Origin: Patescibacteria group bacterium
GTDB taxonomy: Bacteria > Patescibacteriota > Minisyncoccia > Moranbacterales > DUUL01
Direction: 5' to 3'
DNA: 64,000 nt
NCBI GenBank assembly: GCA_034658815.1
Contig: JAYEFY010000048.1
Coordinates: forward strand, 62,020-126,019
Positions within the stretch are counted from its first letter, which is position 1; each line of letters opens with the position of its first letter. The notes under the pieces are model-generated. The model had not been told where the DNA came from and ran no database searches. It worked only from the letters and a program-made list of their open reading frames with translations. A program made the translations under genes and the position numbers. Positions 9,303 through 18,866 of this stretch are shown in pieces.

Positions 9303-9524
9303 ATGAAAATTTCAGTTCAAGTGCATACGCGAAGCAACAAAAGTGAAGTGGCTAAAAAAAGAGAGGGCGAGTATGATATTTATACTACCAAGCTTCCCCA
9401 AAAAGATGCTGCGAACAAAGCGATTATCAAATTGCTGGCGGAATATTTTGATGTTACCCAAAGTTGTGTTTTGATCAATAAAGGCAGGATATCAAATAAA
9501 AAAATAATTGAGATTATACAATAA
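9303..9524 (+). CDS. DUF167 / YggU-family small protein
   Basis: 73 aa. Pattern I.V.V...SNKSEV...PQKDAANKAIIKLLAEYF...INKG.ISNKK matches the UPF0235 architecture. Confidence 0.55.
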   Translation: MKISVQVHTRSNKSEVAKKREGEYDIYTTKLPQKDAANKAIIKLLAEYFDVTQSCVLINKGRISNKKIIEIIQ

Positions 9525-9540
9525 TAATTTATAAAAAGTT

Positions 9541-9846
9541 ATGAGAAAACATGTGAAAATTGAACGTATTGTTAATCCCCGCCTTGAAGGCAGTGATGTG
9601 CGTGTTAAAAAAACGGGAGCTAATTCTTACCAGATAACAACCGGCAAGCCTGAAAAGCATAAGTTTTCACGATTTAGTTCAAGGCGGGATTCTTTTGACA
9701 GAAAGTTTATCGAGGAATATAATCGCGTCGCGGAACGTGATGATTATTTTGATCTGGGGCATCGTGATACGAAGGACAGCTTAGGCGGTTTGAGAGAAGG
9801 TCTTGAGCGCGGGGATTCGAATTTTGATCTTAAAGTCAGGGAATAA
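9541..9846 (+). CDS. hypothetical protein, tandem paralog 1
   Basis: Shares with the next ORF the pattern TGK..(N/K)F....R(D/E).FDR(K/N)FI...N.V......D...RD....L.G(L/V)RE.LER.D. Confidence 0.45.
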   Translation: MRKHVKIERIVNPRLEGSDVRVKKTGANSYQITTGKPEKHKFSRFSSRRDSFDRKFIEEYNRVAERDDYFDLGHRDTKDSLGGLREGLERGDSNFDLKVRE

Positions 9847-9855
9847 CTAAAAATT

Positions 9856-10209
9856 ATGGGCAATCAACAAAAAATTATTAACCATATCAAAACCATGAGT
9901 AAAACTTTTATTTTTGAAAGAAAAATAGAATTTCGGCTTGGAGGCGAGAATGTTCGGATGGAAAGAATAGGAGTTAATAAAATTCGGCTCTATACCGGTA
10001 AAACAGATAACTTTGATTTTAACAATACGATGAGGCGGGAACAGTTTGACAGAAACTTCATTAACGCGCTCAACCAAGTTCTTAAAGAAGACAAACAGCT
10101 TGACATTGAGGACAGGGATGTTGAGCGAAGGATGGACGGCGTGCGCGAGAGTCTGGAAAGGGACGACAACAAAATCATTTTCAAAATAACATTCCGAATG
10201 CTGCACTAG
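9856..10209 (+). CDS. hypothetical protein, tandem paralog 2
   Basis: See paralog 1 (same conserved pattern, ~30% identity by eye). Confidence 0.45.
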   Translation: MGNQQKIINHIKTMSKTFIFERKIEFRLGGENVRMERIGVNKIRLYTGKTDNFDFNNTMRREQFDRNFINALNQVLKEDKQLDIEDRDVERRMDGVRESLERDDNKIIFKITFRMLH

Positions 10210-10296
10210 GAATCGGTGAAATTCTGATTTTTTGTTGCAAAAGCATATTTGGGAATAGTCCCATTTCGATTCTCACAATAGATTAGCCAAACTGTC

Positions 10297-11751
10297 ATGG
10301 AAGGGAAATTACGCTTAAGCGATGCGATAGTTTATCTTTGTTTTGGAATATTGGGCGGCGTTTTTTTAGCGTCGCTTTTTGGTATTGCCACGGCGCTTAT
10401 TTCAGGAACAGTATTATGTCTTGGCTGGCTTATTTTTATAAGAAAACATATTTTTGTCGTAAGTATTCTAATTCCGGGATTTGCATTGGGGCTTTTCGGA
10501 ATGAATTTGGAACTTCATTTTATTGGCGCGCAATACCCGGATCATTTTAAGGGATCGGCGGCGGTCATCGGCGATCCGGTAATGAAAAGTGATTATCAGC
10601 GTGTTATTCTTGAACCGATAGACAGTGAAAATTCACACAAGCGGCTAATTGCGTTCACTCCTCTATATCCGCGATTTCAATCACAAGACCGTCTTTATGT
10701 CGAGTGTATATTGAAAAAGCCTGAAAATAAAAACGACGGGTTTGACTATGTCCGTTATCTTGCCAAGGATGGAATATATAGAATTTGCGCCAAAGCTTCT
10801 TTAAAGCCATTAAATAATGGTCAGCGAGCGCATAGCGCGTTCTTATTTGATCTGAAACGAAAAATTGAGAACAGCATTGAAAGATCATTGCCGGAACCGG
10901 AATCGTCATATCTTGCCGGGCTATTGCTGGGTGGAAGCGATAGATTGCCGAAAGACATTGCCGAAGCATTTCGTCTGACCGGAACAACTCACACAGTCGC
11001 GGTGTCCGGACACAATATCACGATCATCGCGGGTGCGATATCAGTATTTCTGTTATTTTGCGGAATGTGGAGAAAGCAGGCATTTTGGTTTTCCGTAATA
11101 GGGATCGTTTCATTTGTATATTGCATCGGCGCTCCATCATCAGCAGTGCGCGCGGCGATCATGGCTATTTGCGTGCTTTGGGCGGCCAAGAACGGACGGC
11201 TTGCAAATTCAGGGAAAGCGCTGCTTTTCGCGGCCACCGCGATGGTTATGTGGTCTCCTCTTATTCTTATCTATGACGTAGGATTTCAATTGTCATTTCT
11301 CGCAACGCTGGGCATTGTATATATCTATGCCCCTTTAGCCGAGAAATTAGATATTTCAAGGGATTTTCTTGAACTTAGATCAATTATCCTCATCACTTTT
11401 TCCGCTCAAATTGCCGTGGCCGGGATTATCATCTACCAATTCGGTGCCTTTTCTCCGTATTCATTGGCAGTAAATTTTATTATTTTGCCGCTGATCCCCG
11501 TCATTATGCTGATTGGATTTATAATGATAGTGCTAAGTTTTGTTTCGATGGCTTTTGCTCAGCCGTTTGCCATCGGAGTGTGGGCGCTGCTTCATTTCGA
11601 AATTGAGACCATTGAATTTTTCTCCCATATTCCATATGTGAACATTGGCATTGAAAACGTGAGTGCCGCATGGCTGGCACTCTATTATATTTTTATTGCC
11701 GGAATTATTATATACTTACAAAAGCCAAGAATGTTATATCCCGAGAAATAA
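10297..11751 (+). CDS. comEC: competence protein ComEC/Rec2 (DUF4131 + competence channel domain)
   Basis: Polytopic membrane protein. LTGTTHTVAVSGHNITIIAG corresponds to the ComEC TGxxHLLAVSG motif. Confidence 0.85.
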   Translation: MEGKLRLSDAIVYLCFGILGGVFLASLFGIATALISGTVLCLGWLIFIRKHIFVVSILIPGFALGLFGMNLELHFIGAQYPDHFKGSAAVIGDPVMKSDYQRVILEPIDSENSHKRLIAFTPLYPRFQSQDRLYVECILKKPENKNDGFDYVRYLAKDGIYRICAKASLKPLNNGQRAHSAFLFDLKRKIENSIERSLPEPESSYLAGLLLGGSDRLPKDIAEAFRLTGTTHTVAVSGHNITIIAGAISVFLLFCGMWRKQAFWFSVIGIVSFVYCIGAPSSAVRAAIMAICVLWAAKNGRLANSGKALLFAATAMVMWSPLILIYDVGFQLSFLATLGIVYIYAPLAEKLDISRDFLELRSIILITFSAQIAVAGIIIYQFGAFSPYSLAVNFIILPLIPVIMLIGFIMIVLSFVSMAFAQPFAIGVWALLHFEIETIEFFSHIPYVNIGIENVSAAWLALYYIFIAGIIIYLQKPRMLYPEK

Positions 11752-11763
11752 AAATATACTAAA

Positions 11764-12630
11764 ATGCATCAGCGCTATAAGCAATTTCTAATATTTTTTA
11801 TTCTGATCCTTTTGCTTCTGCTTGTTGGTTTTGAAACTGTATCTCTTTCCTTCAAAAAACACAATCCACTTGAAGTACACTTTCTGGATATTGGGCAGGG
11901 CGATGCCACGCTTGTTCAATATCTTGGGTCATATCAGATCCTTATCGACGGAGGGCCGAATGGCAAAAAACTTTTGTCCGAATTGTCGAAAGTTATGCCG
12001 GCCACTGATCGCACGATCGAGATCGTAATTATGACGCATCCCGATAAAGATCATTTTGGCGGGTTGATCGATGCCATGAAAGCATATTCGGTAAAAATTG
12101 TTTTGTGCAATGGGCAGGAAGCGGATACGGAGATTTTCAGACAATATAAAAAAGTTATTGAAGAACAAGAGATAAAAGAATATACGTTGGGCGAAGGATC
12201 GAAAATATCTATTGGAAAAAAACTTGATCTGAGAAGTTTTAACCCCGATGTTATTGTGTCATCGAAAAGTGACAGAAATGAACACTCGATCGTGATAAGG
12301 ATGGACTATGGAGAAAATTCATTTCTTTTTACCGGTGACGCGGATTCCAGATCCGAAGCGGATATGTTAGAAGACCAAGAGGATGTTAATGTTGACTGGC
12401 TCAAAGTGGGGCATCACGGATCAAAACATTCAACAACAGAGAATTTTATCAAGAAAGTAACTCCGGAGTACGCGATCATTTCCTGCGGAAAGAATAATCG
12501 TTATGGCCATCCGCATGAGGATGTTCTTGGGCGACTGCGTTCACGCGATGTGGAAGTATTAAGGACTGACACGGTAGGGACGATCTTGGTGGAATGCTTC
12601 GATTCTCGAAGTAAATGTTCGGTGAGATGA
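11764..12630 (+). CDS. MBL-fold metallo-hydrolase, ComEC C-terminal domain encoded as a separate gene
   Basis: HFLDIGQGDATLV, MTHPDKDHFGG, VGHHGSKHS. N-terminal TM anchor. Confidence 0.8.
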   Translation: MHQRYKQFLIFFILILLLLLVGFETVSLSFKKHNPLEVHFLDIGQGDATLVQYLGSYQILIDGGPNGKKLLSELSKVMPATDRTIEIVIMTHPDKDHFGGLIDAMKAYSVKIVLCNGQEADTEIFRQYKKVIEEQEIKEYTLGEGSKISIGKKLDLRSFNPDVIVSSKSDRNEHSIVIRMDYGENSFLFTGDADSRSEADMLEDQEDVNVDWLKVGHHGSKHSTTENFIKKVTPEYAIISCGKNNRYGHPHEDVLGRLRSRDVEVLRTDTVGTILVECFDSRSKCSVR

Positions 12631-12643
12631 GCGGATAGAGGGA

Positions 12644-12867
12644 AATGATCAATGTTCAATAACCAACCTTGCCTACCGGTAGGTAAGGTTTACAATCAAT
12701 TATCAATAGCAAACTCTTTGTCGTCTTGAGCGGATCCCGCGTCTAGCGGGAGAAGTCGAAAGATCCCTTTGCGGAGAATAGAGTCAATTTCAAAAATAGA
12801 AGACATTTCAACGTAGAGGGATTCCATTCAACTTTACTCAGGACAAAATAATGATCAATGTTCAATA
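12644..12867. repeat. direct repeats (aatgatcaatgttcaata x2, about 200 bp apart) inside a 570-bp non-coding spacer
   Basis: Copies at 12644-12661 and 12850-12867. Adjacent cttgcctaccggtaggtaagg palindrome and attgataattgaaaa x2 at 12887-12927. Confidence 0.5.
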
Positions 12868-13197
12868 TTCAATTGCTGATTTAATTCATTGATAATTGAA
12901 AAATTGTAAATTGATAATTGAAAATTCAGTGCAGGATCCATTGCTGGAATGATCAAAACAAAATACCACTGTAAATTATTGATTCGAGTTGCTCTCCAAC
13001 ATGGTGAGACAGGTCAAATCCGCACCAGCGCTAAGAACACCAAATAGAAAATTTTCCAATAACAAGCCGGTGGGGTCGTTTTAAAAATCGTGATGAATCG
13101 CTTGCGCTAATTTAAAATTTTTTCTACAATAATAATACAAAAGACTCCCTCGCGGAGTTTTTAATTAAGGGGATAGCCCATTAAAGTAATTAACTTA

Positions 13198-14292
13198 TTG
13201 TGTCCAAATAGTATGAAATACGAAAAAGAATTTCCATTGTTCAAAAGCAAAGTCAAAGGAATTGATGAAAAGTTCAACTTATTTGATCTTGAAGGAAGAA
13301 AACGCTACTTTGAGGCGAAAGCCGGAGAGGATATAAAAAAACTCAGACGGTATTTTGATAATGGGAATACTTTTATCGCGTACATGCTCGGAAAGAAAAA
13401 TTCCGGCAAAGGAACTTACACCAAGCTTCTCATGGAACTATTTGGAAAAGATAGAATCGAACATATTTCTGTTGGTGATGTGGTAAGGTCAGTGCATTCT
13501 GACATAAGAAACGAATCAAAAAAGAAGGAACTTATCGAATACATGGAAAAGAACTACAGGGGATATATTTCGGTTGATGAAGCAATCGATGCATTTTTTG
13601 GTAAATCACAGGAGAAGTTGCTTCCAACTGAGTTTATTCTCGCACTGGTAAAGAAGGAGATGGACGAACTCGACAAAAAAACACTGTTTCTGGATGGTTT
13701 TCCCAGGGATCTTGATCAAGTTTCATACTCACTTTATTTTAGGGATCTCATAAATTATCGTGAAGACGACGATATTTTTGTGCTTATTGATATTCCGGAG
13801 TCGGTAATTGACGCGAGAATGAAAAGCAGGGTTGTGTGTCCCAAATGCCACACGCCAAGAAATCTAAAACTGTTCACGACAAAAGAAGTTGGATACGATG
13901 AAGAGAAAAACCAATATTATCTCAAATGCGATAATCCTAATTGTAATAATGAGAGAATGATCGGCAAAGAAGGAGATGATCTGGGAATTGAGTCAATTCG
14001 TAAACGGCTGGAACTTGACGGCCAACTTGCTGAAAAAGTTTTTTCGCTTCACGGCATTCCTAAAATTTTTCTCAGAAATGCCGTTCCGGTTAGCATGGCG
14101 AAGACGCATGTCGATGATTATGAAATAACGCCGGAGTACTATTACGAGCGAGATGAAAATACGAGCGAAATTATGACGAAAGAAAGGCCGTGGACCGTAA
14201 AAGACGATGAAGGAGTTGAAGTATACAGTTTACAGGCTCCTCCTGTTGCGGTGTCTTTGATAAAGCAACTGGTTAAGGTTCTCGGGTTGTAA
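13198..14292 (+). CDS. adk: adenylate kinase-family protein with N- and C-terminal extensions
   Basis: P-loop GKKNSGKGT, HISVGDVVR (AK NMP-binding H-S-GD-R), LFLDGFPRDLDQ (AK DGFPRT), Cys4 zinc LID (CPKC...CDNPNC). 364 aa versus ~215 typical. Confidence 0.65.
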   Translation: MCPNSMKYEKEFPLFKSKVKGIDEKFNLFDLEGRKRYFEAKAGEDIKKLRRYFDNGNTFIAYMLGKKNSGKGTYTKLLMELFGKDRIEHISVGDVVRSVHSDIRNESKKKELIEYMEKNYRGYISVDEAIDAFFGKSQEKLLPTEFILALVKKEMDELDKKTLFLDGFPRDLDQVSYSLYFRDLINYREDDDIFVLIDIPESVIDARMKSRVVCPKCHTPRNLKLFTTKEVGYDEEKNQYYLKCDNPNCNNERMIGKEGDDLGIESIRKRLELDGQLAEKVFSLHGIPKIFLRNAVPVSMAKTHVDDYEITPEYYYERDENTSEIMTKERPWTVKDDEGVEVYSLQAPPVAVSLIKQLVKVLGL

Positions 14293-14362
14293 AAACCGTA
14301 AATTGGTAGATTAGAGCAAGTTTGACTTTTAAATAAAAATCGTATATAATCCGTGGGATACT

Positions 14363-14484
14363 AAGAGTTTGCTTGAAAACTCCATATCCTGCTGCTGCAA
14401 TTTCTCCTCCAGAGGCGAACAAGTATATTTTAGCTGTCGCCTAGGCGAGATCGCAGCGGAAGAGGGTTTTCAAGCAAACTCTAA
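14363..14484 (+). repeat. structured intergenic element, family 1 copy B
   Basis: agagtttgcttgaaaactcc / gggttttcaagcaaactct outer stem. Inner hairpin tcgcc-ta-ggcga. ~80% identical to copy A with covariation. Confidence 0.6.
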
Positions 14485-14555
14485 GCTGTTTTATCGACAC
14501 ATTGAATTTTTATGTGAATATTTTGTTTTTCTTATAGCGCAGCCTATTCATAATT

Positions 14556-15239
14556 ATGAACATAGAAATACCAACAAATGACGCTTCTCGATCAAGTGTG
14601 GCTGATTCAGGAGGAGAAAAACCGGTGAAGTTGCAAGTTTCCGGGAAGAAGAAAGGGAAACAAGGCGTCTCGTTTTTTGTTGAGTTAGTAAAAACTCTTT
14701 TTTTGGCGTTTTTAATCATAATTCCGATCAGAACGTTTGTTTTTCAGCCTTTTTTTGTGCAAGGTTCATCAATGAAACCGAATTTTCATGATGGGGAATA
14801 TCTTATTATTAACGAACTTGGTTACAAGAAAACAGTAATTGCCGCGGGTAATAAGGAATTTTTTTCTATTGTTCCGTTCAAAAATCTAAAGCGAGGCGAT
14901 CCCGTCGTATTTCGTTATCCTCAGAATCCACGCCAATTTTTCATCAAAAGAATCGTTGGTCTTTCCGGAGAGCGTGTGGATATCCGTAATGGAAAGGTGA
15001 CAATATGCAATGAAGAGCATCCCGGAGGATTTGTTTTAAATGAAAATGAATATATCCCGAACCATGTCAAAACAAAAGGAAATGAGGAATTTGAACTGGG
15101 AAGCAATGAATATGTTGTTTTGGGAGATAATCGTTCGCATAGCAGCGACTCCAGAACATGGGGTACGCTTTCCGGTGATTTTATTGTTGGAAAAGTGCTT
15201 CTTAGAGCTTGGCCGATCAGTGAATTTGAACTTTTCTAA
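14556..15239 (+). CDS. lepB: signal peptidase I
   Basis: GSSMKPNF (catalytic Ser box), GDNRSHSSDSR (box D/E), N-terminal TM. Confidence 0.85.
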   Translation: MNIEIPTNDASRSSVADSGGEKPVKLQVSGKKKGKQGVSFFVELVKTLFLAFLIIIPIRTFVFQPFFVQGSSMKPNFHDGEYLIINELGYKKTVIAAGNKEFFSIVPFKNLKRGDPVVFRYPQNPRQFFIKRIVGLSGERVDIRNGKVTICNEEHPGGFVLNENEYIPNHVKTKGNEEFELGSNEYVVLGDNRSHSSDSRTWGTLSGDFIVGKVLLRAWPISEFELF

Positions 15240-15287
15240 CAGGTCTAGCACACTTTATAAGCGGTATTTTAAATCAATGTCAAAAAA

Positions 15288-16682
15288 ATGGCCGTAAAAG
15301 AGAAAACCCAAAAAGGTAAAACTAAGCAAGAACATAAAAAACATACAAAACGATTTCAGACTGTTAGAGGAATGCGAGACATTTTACCGCAAGACCAGCC
15401 TTATTGGCAAAAAATAAGGCGGGTGGTTGAAAAAGTCGCTCATGATTTTAATTACCAGCGGATTGACATGCCGATAGTGGAATTTGTGGAGCTGTTTGAA
15501 AGAGGGACTGGCGCAGCGACCGATATTGTTGAGAAAGAAATGTTTAAGTTCAAGACACGCGGCAGAGACAGTGTTTGCCTAAGGCCGGAAGGAACTCCAT
15601 CCGTAGTCCGCGCCTATCTTCAACATGGCATGCAATCATATCCCAAACCGGTCAAACTTTTTTATATAGGTCCTATGTATCGATACGACAGACCGCAAGA
15701 AGGTCGATTCAGGGAGTTTTTTCATTTTGGATTCGAAGCAATTGGGGAGCGAGACGCGATTCTTGATGCTCAGCTTATCCAGCTTGCCTTAAGAATTTTC
15801 AAGTCAATCGGTCTTAAAAATACTTCTTTACAGTTAAACAGCATTGGATGCAGGGAGTGTCGTACGAATTATAATAAGCTTTTAACGACTTATTTTAATA
15901 ACAGAAAAAAGGCGCTATGCATGGATTGTAAAAAACGGCTTAAGAAAAATCCGCTAAGAATTCTTGATTGCAAAGAAGAAAAATGCACGCATGTTGTTTT
16001 TCAGGCGCCTCAGACAATTGATCATTTATGCAGTGAATGCAAAAATCATTTCACAATGCTGCTTGAGTGCCTTGACGAGATCGAAGTATCGTACGCCATC
16101 AATCCGTGTCTTGTTCGAGGACTTGATTATTATACAAAAACAGTGTTTGAATTTTGGCCGCAAGAATTTGAAGATAGAGCCCAGTTATCGTTGGGCGGCG
16201 GCGGACGCTATGATTACTTGGTGAAGACTTTGGGCGGGAGTGATACGCCTGCGGTTGGTTTTGCCTGCGGCATTGATAGAATGGCATTGGAAATGCGGAA
16301 ACAGGATGCCAAGGCGTATTATCCGTCGCCGCCGAAAGTTTATCTCGCTCAACTTGGCAATCTTGCGAAAAAGAAAAGCTTAAAAATATTTGAGGAGCTT
16401 GAAAAGAACGGGATCATAGTAACTGAAAGTTTTGGCAAGGGCAATCTTGGGTCGCAATTTCGGCAAGCCAGCCAACTCGGAGTTAGTATTGTTCTTATTC
16501 TTGGACAGCGTGAAGCTCTTGATGAAACAGTGATTCTGAAAGATATGGAAAGCGGAAGCCAAGAGGTCGTGACATTCAAACAGGTAGTCAAAGAGGTAAA
16601 AAAACGGATTAACAAAAACGCTAAGAACGCAAAAAAAGCCGTAGCGCAAAAGTCCGGCAAGCATAATAAGCGCAAAAAATAA
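15288..16682 (+). CDS. hisS: histidine--tRNA ligase
   Basis: MRDILP..., LRPEGT, GGGRYD, class II motifs, anticodon-binding domain, K-rich tail. Confidence 0.9.
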   Translation: MAVKEKTQKGKTKQEHKKHTKRFQTVRGMRDILPQDQPYWQKIRRVVEKVAHDFNYQRIDMPIVEFVELFERGTGAATDIVEKEMFKFKTRGRDSVCLRPEGTPSVVRAYLQHGMQSYPKPVKLFYIGPMYRYDRPQEGRFREFFHFGFEAIGERDAILDAQLIQLALRIFKSIGLKNTSLQLNSIGCRECRTNYNKLLTTYFNNRKKALCMDCKKRLKKNPLRILDCKEEKCTHVVFQAPQTIDHLCSECKNHFTMLLECLDEIEVSYAINPCLVRGLDYYTKTVFEFWPQEFEDRAQLSLGGGGRYDYLVKTLGGSDTPAVGFACGIDRMALEMRKQDAKAYYPSPPKVYLAQLGNLAKKKSLKIFEELEKNGIIVTESFGKGNLGSQFRQASQLGVSIVLILGQREALDETVILKDMESGSQEVVTFKQVVKEVKKRINKNAKNAKKAVAQKSGKHNKRKK

Positions 16683-16684
16683 TT

Positions 16685-17050
16685 ATGAGAGAATGCATTT
16701 TCTGTAAAATTGCAAATAAAGATACTCATTCGGAGGATATTGAATATGAGGATGATACCGTTATTGCATTTCCGGATGTACATCCCATTGCTCCCGTGCA
16801 TATTTTAATTATTCCGAAAAAACACATTGCGAGTATTAATGATCTGCCAGAGAATGGAGAAGGAGAAAAGATTGTCGGGAAATTGATCATGATAGCAAAG
16901 AAGCTTGCCGAGAAAAAAGGAATTGACAAAGATGGATACAAACTTTTATTTAGAACCGGGAAATATGGAGGACAAGAAGTTCCGCACATTCATCTTCATC
17001 TTATCGGAGGCGCTCGATTAAGCGAGGATATAAAGCCGATATATTCATAA
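16685..17050 (+). CDS. HIT-family (histidine triad) hydrolase
   Basis: HIHLHLIGG histidine triad, 121 aa. Confidence 0.8.
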   Translation: MRECIFCKIANKDTHSEDIEYEDDTVIAFPDVHPIAPVHILIIPKKHIASINDLPENGEGEKIVGKLIMIAKKLAEKKGIDKDGYKLLFRTGKYGGQEVPHIHLHLIGGARLSEDIKPIYS

Positions 17051-17112
17051 AAAGGACTCAAGGTCATGGTATCAATTTTTATAAATTATTTACGAAAGAA
17101 AGGAGGTCTGTC

Positions 17113-17373
17113 ATGGTAGAAGTCCAAAAGAAAGACAGGGAAACGTCCGAAGGTCTTGTTCGCCGATTTTCAAGACAGCTTCAGCAAAGCGGTGTTTTGC
17201 CGCACGCGCGAAAGCTTCGTTTTCGATTAAAGAAAAAAACAAGGCGGCAGCTTAGAGAAGAGGCTATGTACAAAGAAAAAGTTAGAAATGAAGTTGAGAA
17301 AATGAAAAAAATGGGAATTTTTGACGAAGAAAAGCTGAAAGATATTAAAAAGAAAATTAGCGCTAAACAATAA
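17113..17373 (+). CDS. rpsU: 30S ribosomal protein S21
   Basis: EGLVRRFSRQLQQSGVL...RKLRF...KKTRRQ matches S21. Preceded by AAAGGAGG RBS. Confidence 0.7.
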   Translation: MVEVQKKDRETSEGLVRRFSRQLQQSGVLPHARKLRFRLKKKTRRQLREEAMYKEKVRNEVEKMKKMGIFDEEKLKDIKKKISAKQ

Positions 17374-17389
17374 CGAGTAATATTTTAAT

Positions 17390-17863
17390 ATGAGCCTTAA
17401 AAAAATCATTGCTGAAGACTTCAAAAACGCTTTCAAAAACAAGGAAACGGACAAAAAAGAAACATTATCAATGATACAATCGGATATCAAAAATAAGGAG
17501 ATCGAATTGAAAAAGCGCGAAAAAGGCCTTAATGATGAAGAAGTTATTGAAGTGCTTCGGCGTGCGATCAAGCAACGCAAAGATGCTCAGCAACAGTACA
17601 AAGATGGCGGCAGAGATGAATTAGCCGAAAAGGAGAAGAAAGAGGCCGATGTTTTAATGAACTATCTTCCTAAACAAATGGGTGATGAAGAAATTGAAGC
17701 CCGGCTTGTTTTGATTATTGAGCAAGTTGGCGCGAATGGCGAAAAAGATTTGGGAAAGGTGATGGGTACTGCGATGGCGTTGCTCAAAGATAAGGCTGAT
17801 GGCTCAAAGGTCAGGAAAATTGCCCGGCAACTATTGCAAAAACAAGGTGATGAACACGATTGA
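17390..17863 (+). CDS. GatB/YqeY domain protein
   Basis: Full-length similarity to the YqeY family (...LRRAIKQRKDAQQQYKDGGRDELAEKE...DLGKVMG). Confidence 0.8.
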   Translation: MSLKKIIAEDFKNAFKNKETDKKETLSMIQSDIKNKEIELKKREKGLNDEEVIEVLRRAIKQRKDAQQQYKDGGRDELAEKEKKEADVLMNYLPKQMGDEEIEARLVLIIEQVGANGEKDLGKVMGTAMALLKDKADGSKVRKIARQLLQKQGDEHD

Positions 17864-18287
17864 AGTCACAAATGCCACTTCAAGCAGGGTGCCTTTGTCG
17901 TTTTCGCAGTGTACCGCAGACGGATGCGTCCAAATAATAAAAGAAGAAAATTTTTTGTTTTTGCCCGCTAATATCATAATAAGCATTGCCTTTGTCGGCG
18001 AAAAAACAATTAAAGAACTGAATAATCGTTATAGAAGAAAGAACCGAGTGACTGATATCTTGTCGTTTTGTTATGAAAAAAAAGATGATACAATAGCGGG
18101 TGAACTGTTATTGTGCTGGCCGGTGATCAGAAGATACGCGCACGCGGATAAAAAAAATGAAAAAGATGAATTAAGAAAAAATATTGTTCACGGATTACTT
18201 CATGTATTTGGTTTTGAGCATAGCAAGATGATGTTTTCGTTGCAAGATGTTATAATAGAGAGGCTAAGTAAAAGATCTATTTCCTAA
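17850..18287 (+). CDS. ybeY: rRNA maturation endoribonuclease YbeY
   Basis: HGLLHVFGFEH zinc-binding motif. Start taken at the ATG at 17850 (the track ORF begins upstream at 17799), overlapping the yqeY stop by 14 nt. Confidence 0.8.
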   Translation: MNTIEVTNATSSRVPLSFSQCTADGCVQIIKEENFLFLPANIIISIAFVGEKTIKELNNRYRRKNRVTDILSFCYEKKDDTIAGELLLCWPVIRRYAHADKKNEKDELRKNIVHGLLHVFGFEHSKMMFSLQDVIIERLSKRSIS

Positions 18288-18350
18288 TTTTTGCCAGCGC
18301 TTCGCTCTACCTGCCCTGCCTATTGGCAGGCAGGGAGCTAGCTTGGAAAC
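18287..18350 (+). repeat. GC-rich modular intergenic repeat, family 2 copy (upstream of dgkA)
   Basis: aatttttgccagcgc...cctgccctgcc-tatt-ggcaggcagg hairpin...gagctagcttggaaac, ending 20 nt before the ATG. Confidence 0.45.
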
Positions 18351-18370
18351 TGATCTCTTAATACAAAAAA

Positions 18371-18727
18371 ATGGGTAGTATTAAAAAATTGATCAAAAGC
18401 CTCAGCCATGCGTTTAGCGGATTCGGGTTTATACTGCGAAGAGAGCAAAATATGAAAATTGAGCTTATTGCCGCAGCGCTTGTAATAATCGCCATGATCA
18501 TTACTCAAGTGCGGACATGGGAAGCAGTTGTCTTGACGATCATGATATCCGCGGTATTGATACTTGAAACACTTAACACCGCTCTTGAACAATTTATAAA
18601 TATGCTTAAACCCCGCGTTCATCCCAAAGCGAAGATCCTTAAAGATCTTATGGCTGCTGCTGTGTTTCTTGCTTCGATTACCGCCGCGGTTGTTGGCATA
18701 TTAATTTTTTTACCATATATTGTATAG
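18371..18727 (+). CDS. dgkA: diacylglycerol kinase (prokaryotic DgkA family)
   Basis: 3 TM helices, ETLNTALE motif. Confidence 0.8.
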   Translation: MGSIKKLIKSLSHAFSGFGFILRREQNMKIELIAAALVIIAMIITQVRTWEAVVLTIMISAVLILETLNTALEQFINMLKPRVHPKAKILKDLMAAAVFLASITAAVVGILIFLPYIV

Positions 18728-18866
18728 TTTTTTCAATGCAATCAATTGAATGAGAAGCGGCATTTTTCTGAAAGGAAGAAAGATATAACGAGATCATTCT
18801 TAAACTAATTCCTGCCAAAAATTGTCCCGGGTACTTGAGATCCACAGTCTTAAAAGAAGTTTCATA

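Noticed and set aside
8119-10209. Radical SAM enzyme plus downstream small ORFs as a RiPP biosynthetic cluster
   Set aside because: The radical SAM protein has NrdG-type motifs, not SPASM/RiPP-maturase motifs. The small ORFs are highly charged with no Cys/Gly/Ser-rich core or leader-like region.
12960-13030. T-loop-like ggtcaaatcc in the 12.6-13.2 kb spacer (possible tRNA/tmRNA 3' end)
   Set aside because: Flanking bases do not form T-stem or acceptor pairing.
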